From Vicinamibacteria bacterium (GTDB lineage Bacteria; Acidobacteriota; Vicinamibacteria; Marinacidobacterales; Marinacidobacteraceae): DNA of 64,000 bases. The notes below the pieces were generated by a model. The model was not told the origin of the DNA. It saw only the letters and a list, made by a program, of their open reading frames with translations, and ran no database searches. Shown one piece after another: positions 30,001 to 39,012 of the stretch. Where the stretch lies: positions 1,824,001-1,888,000 of the forward strand of contig OY729431.1 in NCBI GenBank assembly GCA_963422395.1. Direction: 5' to 3'. A program made the translations under genes and the position numbers. The number at the start of each line of letters is the position of its first letter. Positions within the stretch are counted from its first letter, which is position 1.

Positions 30001-31202
30001 GCCGAAGCGATCGCCTTCCGCCCGCGGCGGCGAAAGGCGATCGCCCCCACCGGAAGGAGGGCCGCCAGTACCGTCCAGCCGAGCGGCTGGCGGATCACGC
30101 CCGCGAGCAGAAGCACTAGGAAGAGCACACCTCCCGCAAGGCGCAGCGGCCCGTACCAGCGGCGGTGTCGGGTGGCCAGCAGGAAATCGGTAGGCGGCAC
30201 ACCGAAGGCGAGCAGACTGGTCCGGAATTCGGGAAGAGGGGTCAGCGCGAGAACCCCGCAGGCCGCGGCGCCGACCAGAGTGAGGAGCGCGACCGTGGTT
30301 CCCGCCGCCGCCCGGGGAATCACGCCGGGGCCCGGAATCAGGATCAGGAGCGCGAGCCCGAAGGCAACCGCGAAGAGCCAGGGGAGATAGGGCCCGCTTC
30401 CCGGATCGGCCGGCAGGAGATCGCCGTCCCGCCCCCGATGGAGCTGTCGGGGCGGGGCGCCGTACACAGCCTCGACCCCGTGGCGCAGCGCCCCCGGCAG
30501 GAACATGGCCTCGAAGGAGCTGATCGGGCGGTCCACGGCCTGCCCGACCCCGATGTCCGAAAGCCAGAGCAGGAGCGGACGGTCCCCGAGACCCCGGCGG
30601 ATGTGGGTGCGGAAGGTGGCCTCCCGATCTCGACCGAAGCTGCCGCGTCCGGAGAACCTCGGCGGCAACGGCAGCGGCTCGCCGAGCGCCCCGGCCGCCG
30701 CCTCGTCGAGATAGTCCCGGATCCGGGTGGTGCAGTTGTCGCGGAAATGATCGTAGATGTACCCGCCGGCGCCCGGAACCAGGTCCGCAGTGATCCGGCC
30801 GAGCAGGAGGTCGCGTCCTTCGGGGGAGAGTTCGAGATCCTGGCGAAACACGCTCCGGTCGTCCCGGAAGTAGGTGTCCAGCACCGCATCGTACGGCGAA
30901 ACGGAGACCCAGAAGAGCGCGCGGCCCCGCAGCACTTCCCAGACGAGGCCGAGCGGGCGGGAGAAATCGGTCGTGCCGTAGTTGAGGCAACGGTCTCCGA
31001 CGCAGAGCGCGGCGTGCCCCCACTCTCGAAACAACACGCTGTGGTCCGGACCCATCGTCAACAGCACCACCGGGAGCGGTGCCCTCGACCCCGACGGTTC
31101 GGAGGATCGGCCGGAAGGCTGGCCGGCGGCAGCCGCTGCCGGCGAGGCGACGAGCAGCGCGGTGAACATCACTGCGGGCAGTGCCCCGGGGAGTCGGTCC
31201 AA
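29997..31202 (-). CDS. DUF4105/Lnb-like membrane protein (start uncertain, 31169-31202)
   Basis: LLTMGP, WGHAAL, NYG, YIYDHFRDNCTT and MFLP motifs, then four TM helices. Confidence 0.8.
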   Translation of the reverse strand: MDRLPGALPAVMFTALLVASPAAAAAGQPSGRSSEPSGSRAPLPVVLLTMGPDHSVLFREWGHAALCVGDRCLNYGTTDFSRPLGLVWEVLRGRALFWVSVSPYDAVLDTYFRDDRSVFRQDLELSPEGRDLLLGRITADLVPGAGGYIYDHFRDNCTTRIRDYLDEAAAGALGEPLPLPPRFSGRGSFGRDREATFRTHIRRGLGDRPLLLWLSDIGVGQAVDRPISSFEAMFLPGALRHGVEAVYGAPPRQLHRGRDGDLLPADPGSGPYLPWLFAVAFGLALLILIPGPGVIPRAAAGTTVALLTLVGAAACGVLALTPLPEFRTSLLAFGVPPTDFLLATRHRRWYGPLRLAGGVLFLVLLLAGVIRQPLGWTVLAALLPVGAIAFRRRGRKAIASA

Positions 31203-31275
31203 GACGGACGGGAATTGTAGTGAGCCGCCGACGCGCCGAGGCATGAATCGGAGATGGGCTCCTATACTGGAAACC

Positions 31276-33318
31276 ATGCGGATCCAGCCCGCGCGGCGGA
31301 AACCGGGCGTGCCCTTGCCCGCACCCCGGTCCCTGCCCTCGACCCAGCCGGGAGCGGAGTCCGGCGGCGAAGGTCTCGGGACGGCGCCGGTGGCCGGGGA
31401 GGCGCTGATCTTGTGGGACCGGCAGAGACCGGGCCGGAAGCGGGATGCCGTGGATACCGACCAGATCACCCCCTCCGCCTTCTGCGTCTCGGAGAGCCTC
31501 GACACCCTCGACCAGCGATGGAAGGACGGTGCCTTCCGCTACCTGATGCCCGACTTCGCCCAGCGGGTGCGCGCCGGGCAGAACTTTCTCGTCGCCGGGG
31601 AGCGGTTCGGTATCGGTTCCTCGAGAGAGATGAGCCCCGCCGGCCTGCTGGGAGTGGCGCGCGATGCCGGGAGGACGCTGGTGCTGGTGCTCGGGAGCGG
31701 GGTCGGGGAGATCTTCCGCAAGAACGCCCTGCACCTGGGCCTCGAAGTGCTGGAATGCCCCGAAGCGGCGGCCGAGGCCGCAGACGGCCACCGCTTCCGG
31801 TTCGACCCGGACTCCCGCGAACTGGTGAACGAGACTCTCGGCCGAGGCTACCAGCCGAAGCCGCTCGACGAGCGCGAAGAGGCGCTGCGGCGCGCGGGGG
31901 GCCTCTTCCCGATCGGACGGCGGGAATTCCTGACATCGCTCGAGGAGGAACCCCAAATCACCTGGCCCGACGCCCGACAGGCGCGCCGCCTCACCGCCGC
32001 CGAGCAGATCCTGTGGGCGCACCGGGCCGACCTGAAGGCGCCGGTGACCCCCGGCGCAGCGCTCCTCGTCGCTGCCGACCTGCTCCCCGCCTCCGACGGC
32101 ACCGCTCCCTTCGCCATCCACGCGTTTCGGGAGATCAGCGGCGGTGCGATCCACCCCCGCCAGGCGGCGATCGCGAACGACCACTTCGTCTTCACCGGAC
32201 GGGAAGCCGACGACCGGCAGACCGCCATCAGCGCCGCCTTCGCCCAGGAGGAGGGCATCGAGTCGCCGTGGTTCGCCACTCCCGGCGACGGCATCTTCCA
32301 CTTCTACTTTCCCGAGCAGGGCCTGGTGGTTCCCGGCGCGGTCATCGCGGGAGCCGACAGCCACAGCCGCGCCTACGGGGCCTACGGGGCGCTCGGAGTC
32401 GGGGTGGGTTCGACCGCGCTCGGATTCGGATGGGCCACCGGTCGGATCTGGCTCACCCCGCCGCCTGCCCGGCGGGTGGTCTTCACCGGCTCGCTGCCGG
32501 CGTGGTCCTCGGGGAAGGATGCGGTGCTGCGCCTCCTCTCGCGCTGGGCGGGTGCCGCAGCTGGAATGTCCGTCGAGTTCGCAGATCCCGGGGGAGTACT
32601 GCCCATCGCCTGGCGCAACACGATCTGCAACATGATGGCCGAGGCCGAAGCCTGGAACGGCCTTTTCCCCTTCGATGAGATCACCAGGCGGTGGTTCGGA
32701 GATCGGAGGATGGACGAGCTTCCCTACCCGGCGGCAGTTTCGGGGCCGAGCTCCCGATTCGAAACCGAGGAGGTCGTGGATCTTTCGGAGATCGTGCCCC
32801 TGGTGGCGAAGCCCCCCGCTCCCGGCAACGCCTGGCCCGCCGACGAAGTGGCGAGAGAGCGGATCGGCTTCGACCGCGCCTACATCGGCTCTTGCACGAA
32901 CGGCAGCTACCAGGATCTGCTCTCGGCGGCGCTGGTGATCCGGGCGGCGCGCGAGCGAGGGCACGAGCGGGCCCTGGAGAAGTTCGTGATCTTCCCCGGC
33001 TCGGGCGGGGTGCGGCGGCGCATCGAGCGCGCCGAGCCGCGACTCGGGGGCGAGCCGATCGCCTCGGTGCTGCGGTCCGTGGGGGGCGTGATCCGCAAGT
33101 CCTGGTGCGGCCCCTGTTTCGGGCAGGGCGAAGACGCCCTCACCCCGGGAATGCGGGCGATCACCTCCTTCAACCGCAACTGGGAGAACCGGATGGGCCG
33201 GGGCGGCGAGGGATACCTGGCGAGTCCGGCGGTAGTGGCTTCGTCGGCGCTGCTCGGCTACATCGCTCCCCCTTCGGAACTCGGACTCCGTTGGGACCCG
33301 GAACGATTCGGCGCGTGA
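31276..33318 (+). CDS. Aconitase-family dehydratase; fused LeuD-like swivel domain (N) plus LeuC-like core (C)
   Basis: VDTDQITP and FGIGSSRE (small subunit); GADSH, GSCTNG, CGPCFG, NRN and YLASP (large subunit). Confidence 0.9.
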   Translation: MRIQPARRKPGVPLPAPRSLPSTQPGAESGGEGLGTAPVAGEALILWDRQRPGRKRDAVDTDQITPSAFCVSESLDTLDQRWKDGAFRYLMPDFAQRVRAGQNFLVAGERFGIGSSREMSPAGLLGVARDAGRTLVLVLGSGVGEIFRKNALHLGLEVLECPEAAAEAADGHRFRFDPDSRELVNETLGRGYQPKPLDEREEALRRAGGLFPIGRREFLTSLEEEPQITWPDARQARRLTAAEQILWAHRADLKAPVTPGAALLVAADLLPASDGTAPFAIHAFREISGGAIHPRQAAIANDHFVFTGREADDRQTAISAAFAQEEGIESPWFATPGDGIFHFYFPEQGLVVPGAVIAGADSHSRAYGAYGALGVGVGSTALGFGWATGRIWLTPPPARRVVFTGSLPAWSSGKDAVLRLLSRWAGAAAGMSVEFADPGGVLPIAWRNTICNMMAEAEAWNGLFPFDEITRRWFGDRRMDELPYPAAVSGPSSRFETEEVVDLSEIVPLVAKPPAPGNAWPADEVARERIGFDRAYIGSCTNGSYQDLLSAALVIRAARERGHERALEKFVIFPGSGGVRRRIERAEPRLGGEPIASVLRSVGGVIRKSWCGPCFGQGEDALTPGMRAITSFNRNWENRMGRGGEGYLASPAVVASSALLGYIAPPSELGLRWDPERFGA

Positions 33319-34979
33319 GCATTCGCCTGCGGGACAGCCAGCCGCCGCTGCCGGTGGACCGGCTGCTCATCGAGACCCCGCCCGGGCCGGACGCGGTTCC
33401 GCTCGATGTGGCCATCGTCGGCGGCGGGCCGGCGGGCCTGGCGGCAGCCATCCGGCTCGCCCGAACGGACGAGGCGAGGGGGAAGGCCGGAGGGGGTGGT
33501 CTGGCCATCGGCGTCTTCGAGAAAGCCGCCGAGCCGGGAGGCCATTGTCTTTCCGGCGCGGTGGTGAATCCGGTGGGCTTCCGGACGCTGTTTCCCGAAC
33601 TCCGGGACCGCGAGTTCCCCCTCCGCAAGCCGGTCACCGCCGAGAGCGTCCACTTCCTGACCGGACGCCGGAGTTTCCGGATCCCGACGCCGCCGACGAT
33701 GCGGAACCGAGGCTGCTACACCGCCTCGATCTCGGAAATGGCACGCTGGCTCGCCGGGCAGGCCGAAGCGCTCGGGGTCGAGATCTTTCCCGGCTTCCCC
33801 GCGGGGTCGCTGCTGGTTTCGGCGGAAAAGCGCGTGCTGGGGCTTCGGACCGTGCCCGCGGGGCTGCGGCAGGACGGAACCCGGAGGCCGGACTTCGAGC
33901 CGGCCGCCGAGGTCTCCGCCCGGATCGTCATCCTCGCCGAGGGCGCGCGGGGGCCCCTGGGACAGGCCTGGCGGAAGCGCCTTTCGATCGCCTCGCCGAA
34001 CCCCCCGATCTTCGCGCTCGGGGTCAAGGAACTGTGGAAGTCGGAGAACCCGCCGCCCGGGATCGTCCACACCGTCGGCTATCCCCTGCCCCGGAGCGCT
34101 TTCGGCGGAGGCTTCCTCTATCCGATGGGCGAGGGGCTCTCGGCGCTGGGGATGGTGGTCGGGCTCGACGCCCCCGCCGAAGCGCTCGATGTGCACGCGA
34201 TGCTGCAGCGGTTGAAAGCCCACCCCCGGATCCGCCCGCACCTCGACGGCGGCGAATGCCTCGAATGGGGAGCACGGCTGATCCCCGAAGGAGGAGCGGG
34301 CTCGCTCCCCGAACGGCTCTCGGGCGAAGGACTGCTCCTCGTCGGGGACGCCGCCGGATTCGTGGATGTACCTTCGCTGAAGGGAATCCACTACGCGATG
34401 CTCTCCGGCATCCTCGCCGCCGACGCCGCCGAGGCGCATCTGCGCGCCGGAGCACCGCTCTCCCGGTACGACGCCGCGATCGCGGACAGCCCGATCCTCG
34501 TGGATCTGAGGCGCACCCGGAACATGCGGCCGGCGTTCCAGCGCGGGTTCTGGACCGGCGCTGCGGTCTCGGCACTCGCGACGATCACCGGGGGCGCCCT
34601 GCCCCGGGGAACGCTTTCGGTCACCGCGGATGCGGCGGTCCCCCGCGAGGTTCTCGCACCCGGAACCAGCGGCGGACCGAAGCGCGGGACGGGCCGAGAG
34701 CAGGATTCCCAACTGCCGGGTCTCGGGAAGCTCGACGGGGTCTTCCTCTCGGGAAACAACACCCGAGACGACCTGCCGAACCACTTGGTGGTTCCCGAGG
34801 CCCCGCCGCCCGGAGCCGCCGCCCTCTGGGAGCGGATGTGTCCGGCCGGGGTGTACGAAACGCGCAGCGGGCTGACCGTGCATCCGGCGAACTGCGTGGA
34901 CTGCCGCGCCGCCGATGTCCTCGGACCGCGCTGGACCCCCCGTGAGGGAGGCACCGGGCCCCGCTGGCGCCGGATGTAA
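33315..34979 (+). CDS. Electron transfer flavoprotein-quinone oxidoreductase (FixCX-like fusion)
   Basis: DVAIVGGGPAG, SGAV, LGVKELW, GDAAGF..KGIH and CPAGVYE..NCVDC motifs; GTGA overlap with the upstream gene. Confidence 0.9.
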   Translation: MSIRLRDSQPPLPVDRLLIETPPGPDAVPLDVAIVGGGPAGLAAAIRLARTDEARGKAGGGGLAIGVFEKAAEPGGHCLSGAVVNPVGFRTLFPELRDREFPLRKPVTAESVHFLTGRRSFRIPTPPTMRNRGCYTASISEMARWLAGQAEALGVEIFPGFPAGSLLVSAEKRVLGLRTVPAGLRQDGTRRPDFEPAAEVSARIVILAEGARGPLGQAWRKRLSIASPNPPIFALGVKELWKSENPPPGIVHTVGYPLPRSAFGGGFLYPMGEGLSALGMVVGLDAPAEALDVHAMLQRLKAHPRIRPHLDGGECLEWGARLIPEGGAGSLPERLSGEGLLLVGDAAGFVDVPSLKGIHYAMLSGILAADAAEAHLRAGAPLSRYDAAIADSPILVDLRRTRNMRPAFQRGFWTGAAVSALATITGGALPRGTLSVTADAAVPREVLAPGTSGGPKRGTGREQDSQLPGLGKLDGVFLSGNNTRDDLPNHLVVPEAPPPGAAALWERMCPAGVYETRSGLTVHPANCVDCRAADVLGPRWTPREGGTGPRWRRM

Positions 34980-35001
34980 CCGCGGCCCCGGGGGTATCTC
35001 G

Positions 35002-36408
35002 CTAAGCCCGCGTCGCCCCCTGCGACAGGTAGTCGAGCAGATCGATGGGAGTGAGGATCCCCGCGGTGCGCCCGCCCTCGCGGACCACGCTGATCCGGCC
35101 GCCGGCGAAGATCTGCGCGAGCGCGTCGAGCGGACTCTCGGCGTCGAGCGACTCGACGGCACCCCTCCGCACGAAGGCGCGGATGCTGTCTTCTCCCCGG
35201 CCCGGGCCGCCGGCGAGGAGCCCCTCGAGCAGGGTCGCCTCCGAAACGACCCCGACGAATTCTTCGCCGTCACCGACCGGCAGCTGGGAGACATCGTGCT
35301 CCCGCATCAGCGCCACCACCTCGCGCACGCCGGCTGTCTCGGAAACGCTCAGGATCTCGCCGGCGCCCTTGGCGGCGAGCACATCGCCCACTCGTCCGGC
35401 ATCGAAACCGGAATCGAGAAATCCGTTCTGGCGCATCCAGTCATCGCTGAAGATCTTGGACAGATAGCGGCCGCCCGCATCGGGTGCGATCACCACCACC
35501 AGAGCGCCCTCCGGCAGCGCCGCCGCCACTCGCAGCGCCGCCGCCACTGCGGTTCCGGCGGAGCCGCCCACGAAGAGGCCCTCCTCGCGCGCGAGCCTCC
35601 GGGTGATGAGGAAGGAATCCCGGTCGGTGATCCGGAGCACTTCGTCCACCACTGCGAAATCCATCGTGGTGGGGATGAAGTCCTCGCCGATCCCCTCGAC
35701 CTTGTAGCTGCAGGCCTGTCCCAATTTCCCGGTGCGGAAGTACTCGTCGTAGAGCGACCCCACCGGATCGGCCCCGACCACCCGGATGTCCGGGTTCTGC
35801 TCTTTCAGGTAGCGCCCGGTCCCGGAGATCGTGCCTCCGGTGCCGAGACCGCAGACCAGGGTGTGGAGTTCGGGCCCCACCTGCCCCCAGAGTTCCGGCC
35901 CGGTGGTGCGGTAGTGGGTCTCCGGATTCACCGGGTTGTGGTACTGGTTCGCGTAGAGCGAGTCTTCGGTCTCTTCTGCAAGCCGCCGGGCCACGCTGTA
36001 GTAGCTGCGCGGGTCTTCGGGTTCCACCGCGGTCGGAGTGACGACCACTTCGGCGCCCAGCGCCCGCAGCGCCCGGATCTTCTCGTCGCTCATCTTGTCG
36101 GGCATGACGAAGATCGAGCGGTAGCCCTTGACCGCCGCCACCAGCGCCAGCCCCATCCCGGTGTTCCCCGAAGTGGCCTCGATGATCGTGCCGCCGGGCC
36201 GCAGCTCCCCGCGCCGCTCGGCATCCTCGATGATCGAGATCGCGATCCGGTCCTTGACCGAACCGCCCGGATTGAACGATTCCATCTTGACTGCGATCCG
36301 GCCGGGCAAACCCTGTCCGAGGCGGCGCAACCCGACGAGAGGAGTGTCCCCGACGGTATCGAGAATGGTGCCTCGGATGATGGCAGCCGCTCCAGCTCCT
36401 GCCGCCAT
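35002..36408 (-). CDS. Cystathionine beta-synthase with C-terminal CBS domains
   Basis: NPGGSVKDR, EATSGNTG, PDKMSDEK, GTGGT and YLSK motifs; CBS pair (VSQLPV). Confidence 0.9.
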   Translation of the reverse strand: MAAGAGAAAIIRGTILDTVGDTPLVGLRRLGQGLPGRIAVKMESFNPGGSVKDRIAISIIEDAERRGELRPGGTIIEATSGNTGMGLALVAAVKGYRSIFVMPDKMSDEKIRALRALGAEVVVTPTAVEPEDPRSYYSVARRLAEETEDSLYANQYHNPVNPETHYRTTGPELWGQVGPELHTLVCGLGTGGTISGTGRYLKEQNPDIRVVGADPVGSLYDEYFRTGKLGQACSYKVEGIGEDFIPTTMDFAVVDEVLRITDRDSFLITRRLAREEGLFVGGSAGTAVAAALRVAAALPEGALVVVIAPDAGGRYLSKIFSDDWMRQNGFLDSGFDAGRVGDVLAAKGAGEILSVSETAGVREVVALMREHDVSQLPVGDGEEFVGVVSEATLLEGLLAGGPGRGEDSIRAFVRRGAVESLDAESPLDALAQIFAGGRISVVREGGRTAGILTPIDLLDYLSQGATRA

Positions 36409-36425
36409 CCCGCCGTCAGCTCCCG

Positions 36426-38075
36426 TCATCGTCCGGAGGACCCCGCTTCGGGCCGCCAGTGCGGCCACAGCACCTTTCCGGGCCGGGCGCCGGTGTGCTC
36501 ACCGTCTTCCAGCACGAAGACGCCGCCGACCAGCGCGTGGACGATTCCTTCGGCCAGCGCGTGCGGATCCTCGTAGGTCGCGGTATCGGTGAAGTTCGGG
36601 AGGTCCACCACCAGCAGGTCGGCCACCTTTCCCGGCGCGATCTGCCCCCGGTCGCGCATCCGAAAGACGCTCGCGGGCAGGCTGGTCATCCCGCGCACCG
36701 CTTCGGCCGCGGTCAGGACTCCGCGCTCCCGGACATAACGGGCGAGGCGCCGGGGAAAAGCGCCGTAGAAGCGGGGATGCGGCCGGCCTTCGCTCGCCGG
36801 CACCAAGCCGCCGTCGGAAGAGCCCATCGTCCATTCGCGGGTCATGATGTGGACGATGTCGCCCTCCGACATGTTGAAGGACACCAGCCCAGCTCCCCCG
36901 GAGTCGAGCAGCCGGAGCGCGGCGTCCACCGGCTCGATCCCCCATTCCGCCGCCAGTTCGGAAAGTCGAAGCCCTTCGAGCGAAGGGTCAGCGCGGTGGC
37001 GGGAGAGGAGCAGCGTCGGCGCGCCGCCGCGGCGTTCGAGCGCCTCCAGCATGTCGGCACGGAGGCGAGTCCGCTCCGCCGGATTCGCGAGCCGCCCCTC
37101 GAGCGGCGACGGCATCCCCGGCATCGTCTCCCCAGCGAGCGCCCAGCGGGGTACCAGGGCGCCGACGATGCTCGTGCCGGAGGCCTCGTACGGGTACTGG
37201 TCGGCGAACACCTCGATCCCCCGGGCGCGGGCCTCGCGGATGGCCTCGGCCGCTTCGCGGGAAAGCCCCCAGACTGGCGGCCCGAGGGCCTTGAAATGGG
37301 TCACCACCCCCCGAATCCCATGGGTCTCGGCAACCTCGACGACTTCCCCGACCGCCGCCACCAGGCCGATGCCGTAGTCGCTCTCGTCGCGGATGTGGCT
37401 CACGAAGGCGCCATGAGGGGTGATCTCGCCGGCGAGCTGCACCACTTCGTCGTTCGCGGCGTAGCTGCCGGGGGCGTAGTAGAGCCCCCCGGTCATGCCG
37501 AACGCGCCCGCCTCCATCCCGGCACGCACCAGAGCGGCCATCCGTCCGAGTTCCTCTTCGGTCGGCGGCCGGTCCTCCATGCCGAGCACTTCGCGGCGCA
37601 CCGCGCCGTGGCCGATCATCAGGGCCACATGGATGCCGATCCCGCCGTCTTCGAGCGCGCGGCGCTGTCCTTCGAGATCCACCGGACCGCCCCCGTCGGG
37701 ATTCACCATCGCGGTGGTGATCCCCTGCCGGATCAGCGGCAGACCGGCGTTCAATTCCGGATCGAGGAGGCCGGACGCCGCGTGGGAATGGGGATCGATG
37801 AAACCCGGCATCACCGTGAGCCCCCGGATGTCGAGCTCGCGGGTGCCGGCTGGAAGATCCGCTGCCGCGAGGATTCCGACCTGCCGGATGCGGCCTTCGG
37901 CGACGAGGACATCACCCCGATACCAGGGATTTCCGGTGCCGTCCAGGATCTGCCCGCCCCGAAGCACGATCCCCGGTGCCTCGGCGATCTCGGGCGCGGG
38001 GGCGTCCGGGCAGGCGGTTGCGAACGCCGCCCCGATCGCCGCCGCCGCCAGTATCCGTGTCCGCCCCGCGCTCAC
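36426..38075 (-). CDS. N-acyl-D-amino-acid deacylase (amidohydrolase), probable lipoprotein
   Basis: PGFIDPHSH, SHIRDE, HFK, DQYPY, SSDG and HPRFYG motifs; N-terminal FATAC. Confidence 0.9.
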   Translation of the reverse strand: MSAGRTRILAAAAIGAAFATACPDAPAPEIAEAPGIVLRGGQILDGTGNPWYRGDVLVAEGRIRQVGILAAADLPAGTRELDIRGLTVMPGFIDPHSHAASGLLDPELNAGLPLIRQGITTAMVNPDGGGPVDLEGQRRALEDGGIGIHVALMIGHGAVRREVLGMEDRPPTEEELGRMAALVRAGMEAGAFGMTGGLYYAPGSYAANDEVVQLAGEITPHGAFVSHIRDESDYGIGLVAAVGEVVEVAETHGIRGVVTHFKALGPPVWGLSREAAEAIREARARGIEVFADQYPYEASGTSIVGALVPRWALAGETMPGMPSPLEGRLANPAERTRLRADMLEALERRGGAPTLLLSRHRADPSLEGLRLSELAAEWGIEPVDAALRLLDSGGAGLVSFNMSEGDIVHIMTREWTMGSSDGGLVPASEGRPHPRFYGAFPRRLARYVRERGVLTAAEAVRGMTSLPASVFRMRDRGQIAPGKVADLLVVDLPNFTDTATYEDPHALAEGIVHALVGGVFVLEDGEHTGARPGKVLWPHWRPEAGSSGR

Positions 38076-38243
38076 CGCTCCATCGTAAGGGAAAACAGGC
38101 CGGGGCGCGCCGGGTCCCCGCCGCCGAACCGCCCCTTCCCCGGGCACCCGGCGTCCGCGATCGGCCGGGCGCAGCGCCGGGGATCGGTTTCGACTCCCGG
38201 GCGGCTCATATACTGATCCGCGAGACGGTAGAAGGAAGGGCGA

Positions 38244-38987
38244 TTGCGCACAGCGGCCATCATTCCGACCCGGAAGGGGGCGGCGGAAATCGAGAGGCTC
38301 CTGTCGGCGATTCCGGCGGGGCTGCTGAGCGAGGTGATCGTGGTGGCACGATCCGCCGCTGACGAGATTTCGGCAGTCGCCGGGAAGCAAGGCAGCGCCG
38401 TGGTGCTTCCGGAGCCCGGTGCGGGCTTCGGACGGGCCTGTCTCGCGGGGATCGCCCACCTCGCCGGGTCCCCGCCCGATGCGGTGGTGTTCTTCGGCGG
38501 CGAGAGCGTCTCGAATCCGGCGGAGCTCCCGGCGCTCTTCGCTCCGTTCGGCGCGCCGGGGGTGGATCTGGTGGTGGGATCGCGAGTGCGCGGGAGCGCC
38601 CGGCGGCGGAGCGCGGGTGTCGTGAACCGATTGGCCGCCGGCGTCATCCGACTCCGCACCGGCTACCGCTTCACCGACCTTTCCCCGATCTGCGCCATTC
38701 GCTGGGAGGCGCTGGCCCGCCTCGGGATGCGGGATCCCGACTACGGCTTTTCTGCCGAGCTGCTCTCGAAGGCCGCCCGCGCCCGCATTCCCGCAGCCGA
38801 GGTCCCGGTTTCCTCCCGCCGACCGGATCCGCCGCGAGAATCCGCCCCTTCGGCTCCGGCAGGTTCCTCGTTCGTCCGGGGGCTCAAGATCCTCCTCACC
38901 GTCCTGGCGCCGCCTCCCGGAATCCGGAGTGACGACAAGGAAGCAGGGGCCCCGGCCGCCGAGAACGGGGCTGCTATGGCCGTATGA
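38244..38987 (+). CDS. Glycosyltransferase family 2 homolog lacking catalytic acidic motifs
   Basis: IIP, EVIVV, G.GRACL.G, DLVVGSR, TDLSP and EVPV framework; DxD replaced by GGE. Confidence 0.75.
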   Translation: MRTAAIIPTRKGAAEIERLLSAIPAGLLSEVIVVARSAADEISAVAGKQGSAVVLPEPGAGFGRACLAGIAHLAGSPPDAVVFFGGESVSNPAELPALFAPFGAPGVDLVVGSRVRGSARRRSAGVVNRLAAGVIRLRTGYRFTDLSPICAIRWEALARLGMRDPDYGFSAELLSKAARARIPAAEVPVSSRRPDPPRESAPSAPAGSSFVRGLKILLTVLAPPPGIRSDDKEAGAPAAENGAAMAV

Positions 38988-39012
38988 CTTCGGAAACAGG
39001 CTGCTGACGGCC

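Noticed and set aside
28642-32964. 1440-aa minus-strand ORF as one giant protein
   Set aside because: Only the last ~452 aa have UGPase motifs; the rest is shadow frame overlapping the DUF4105 gene and antisense to the aconitase-family gene.
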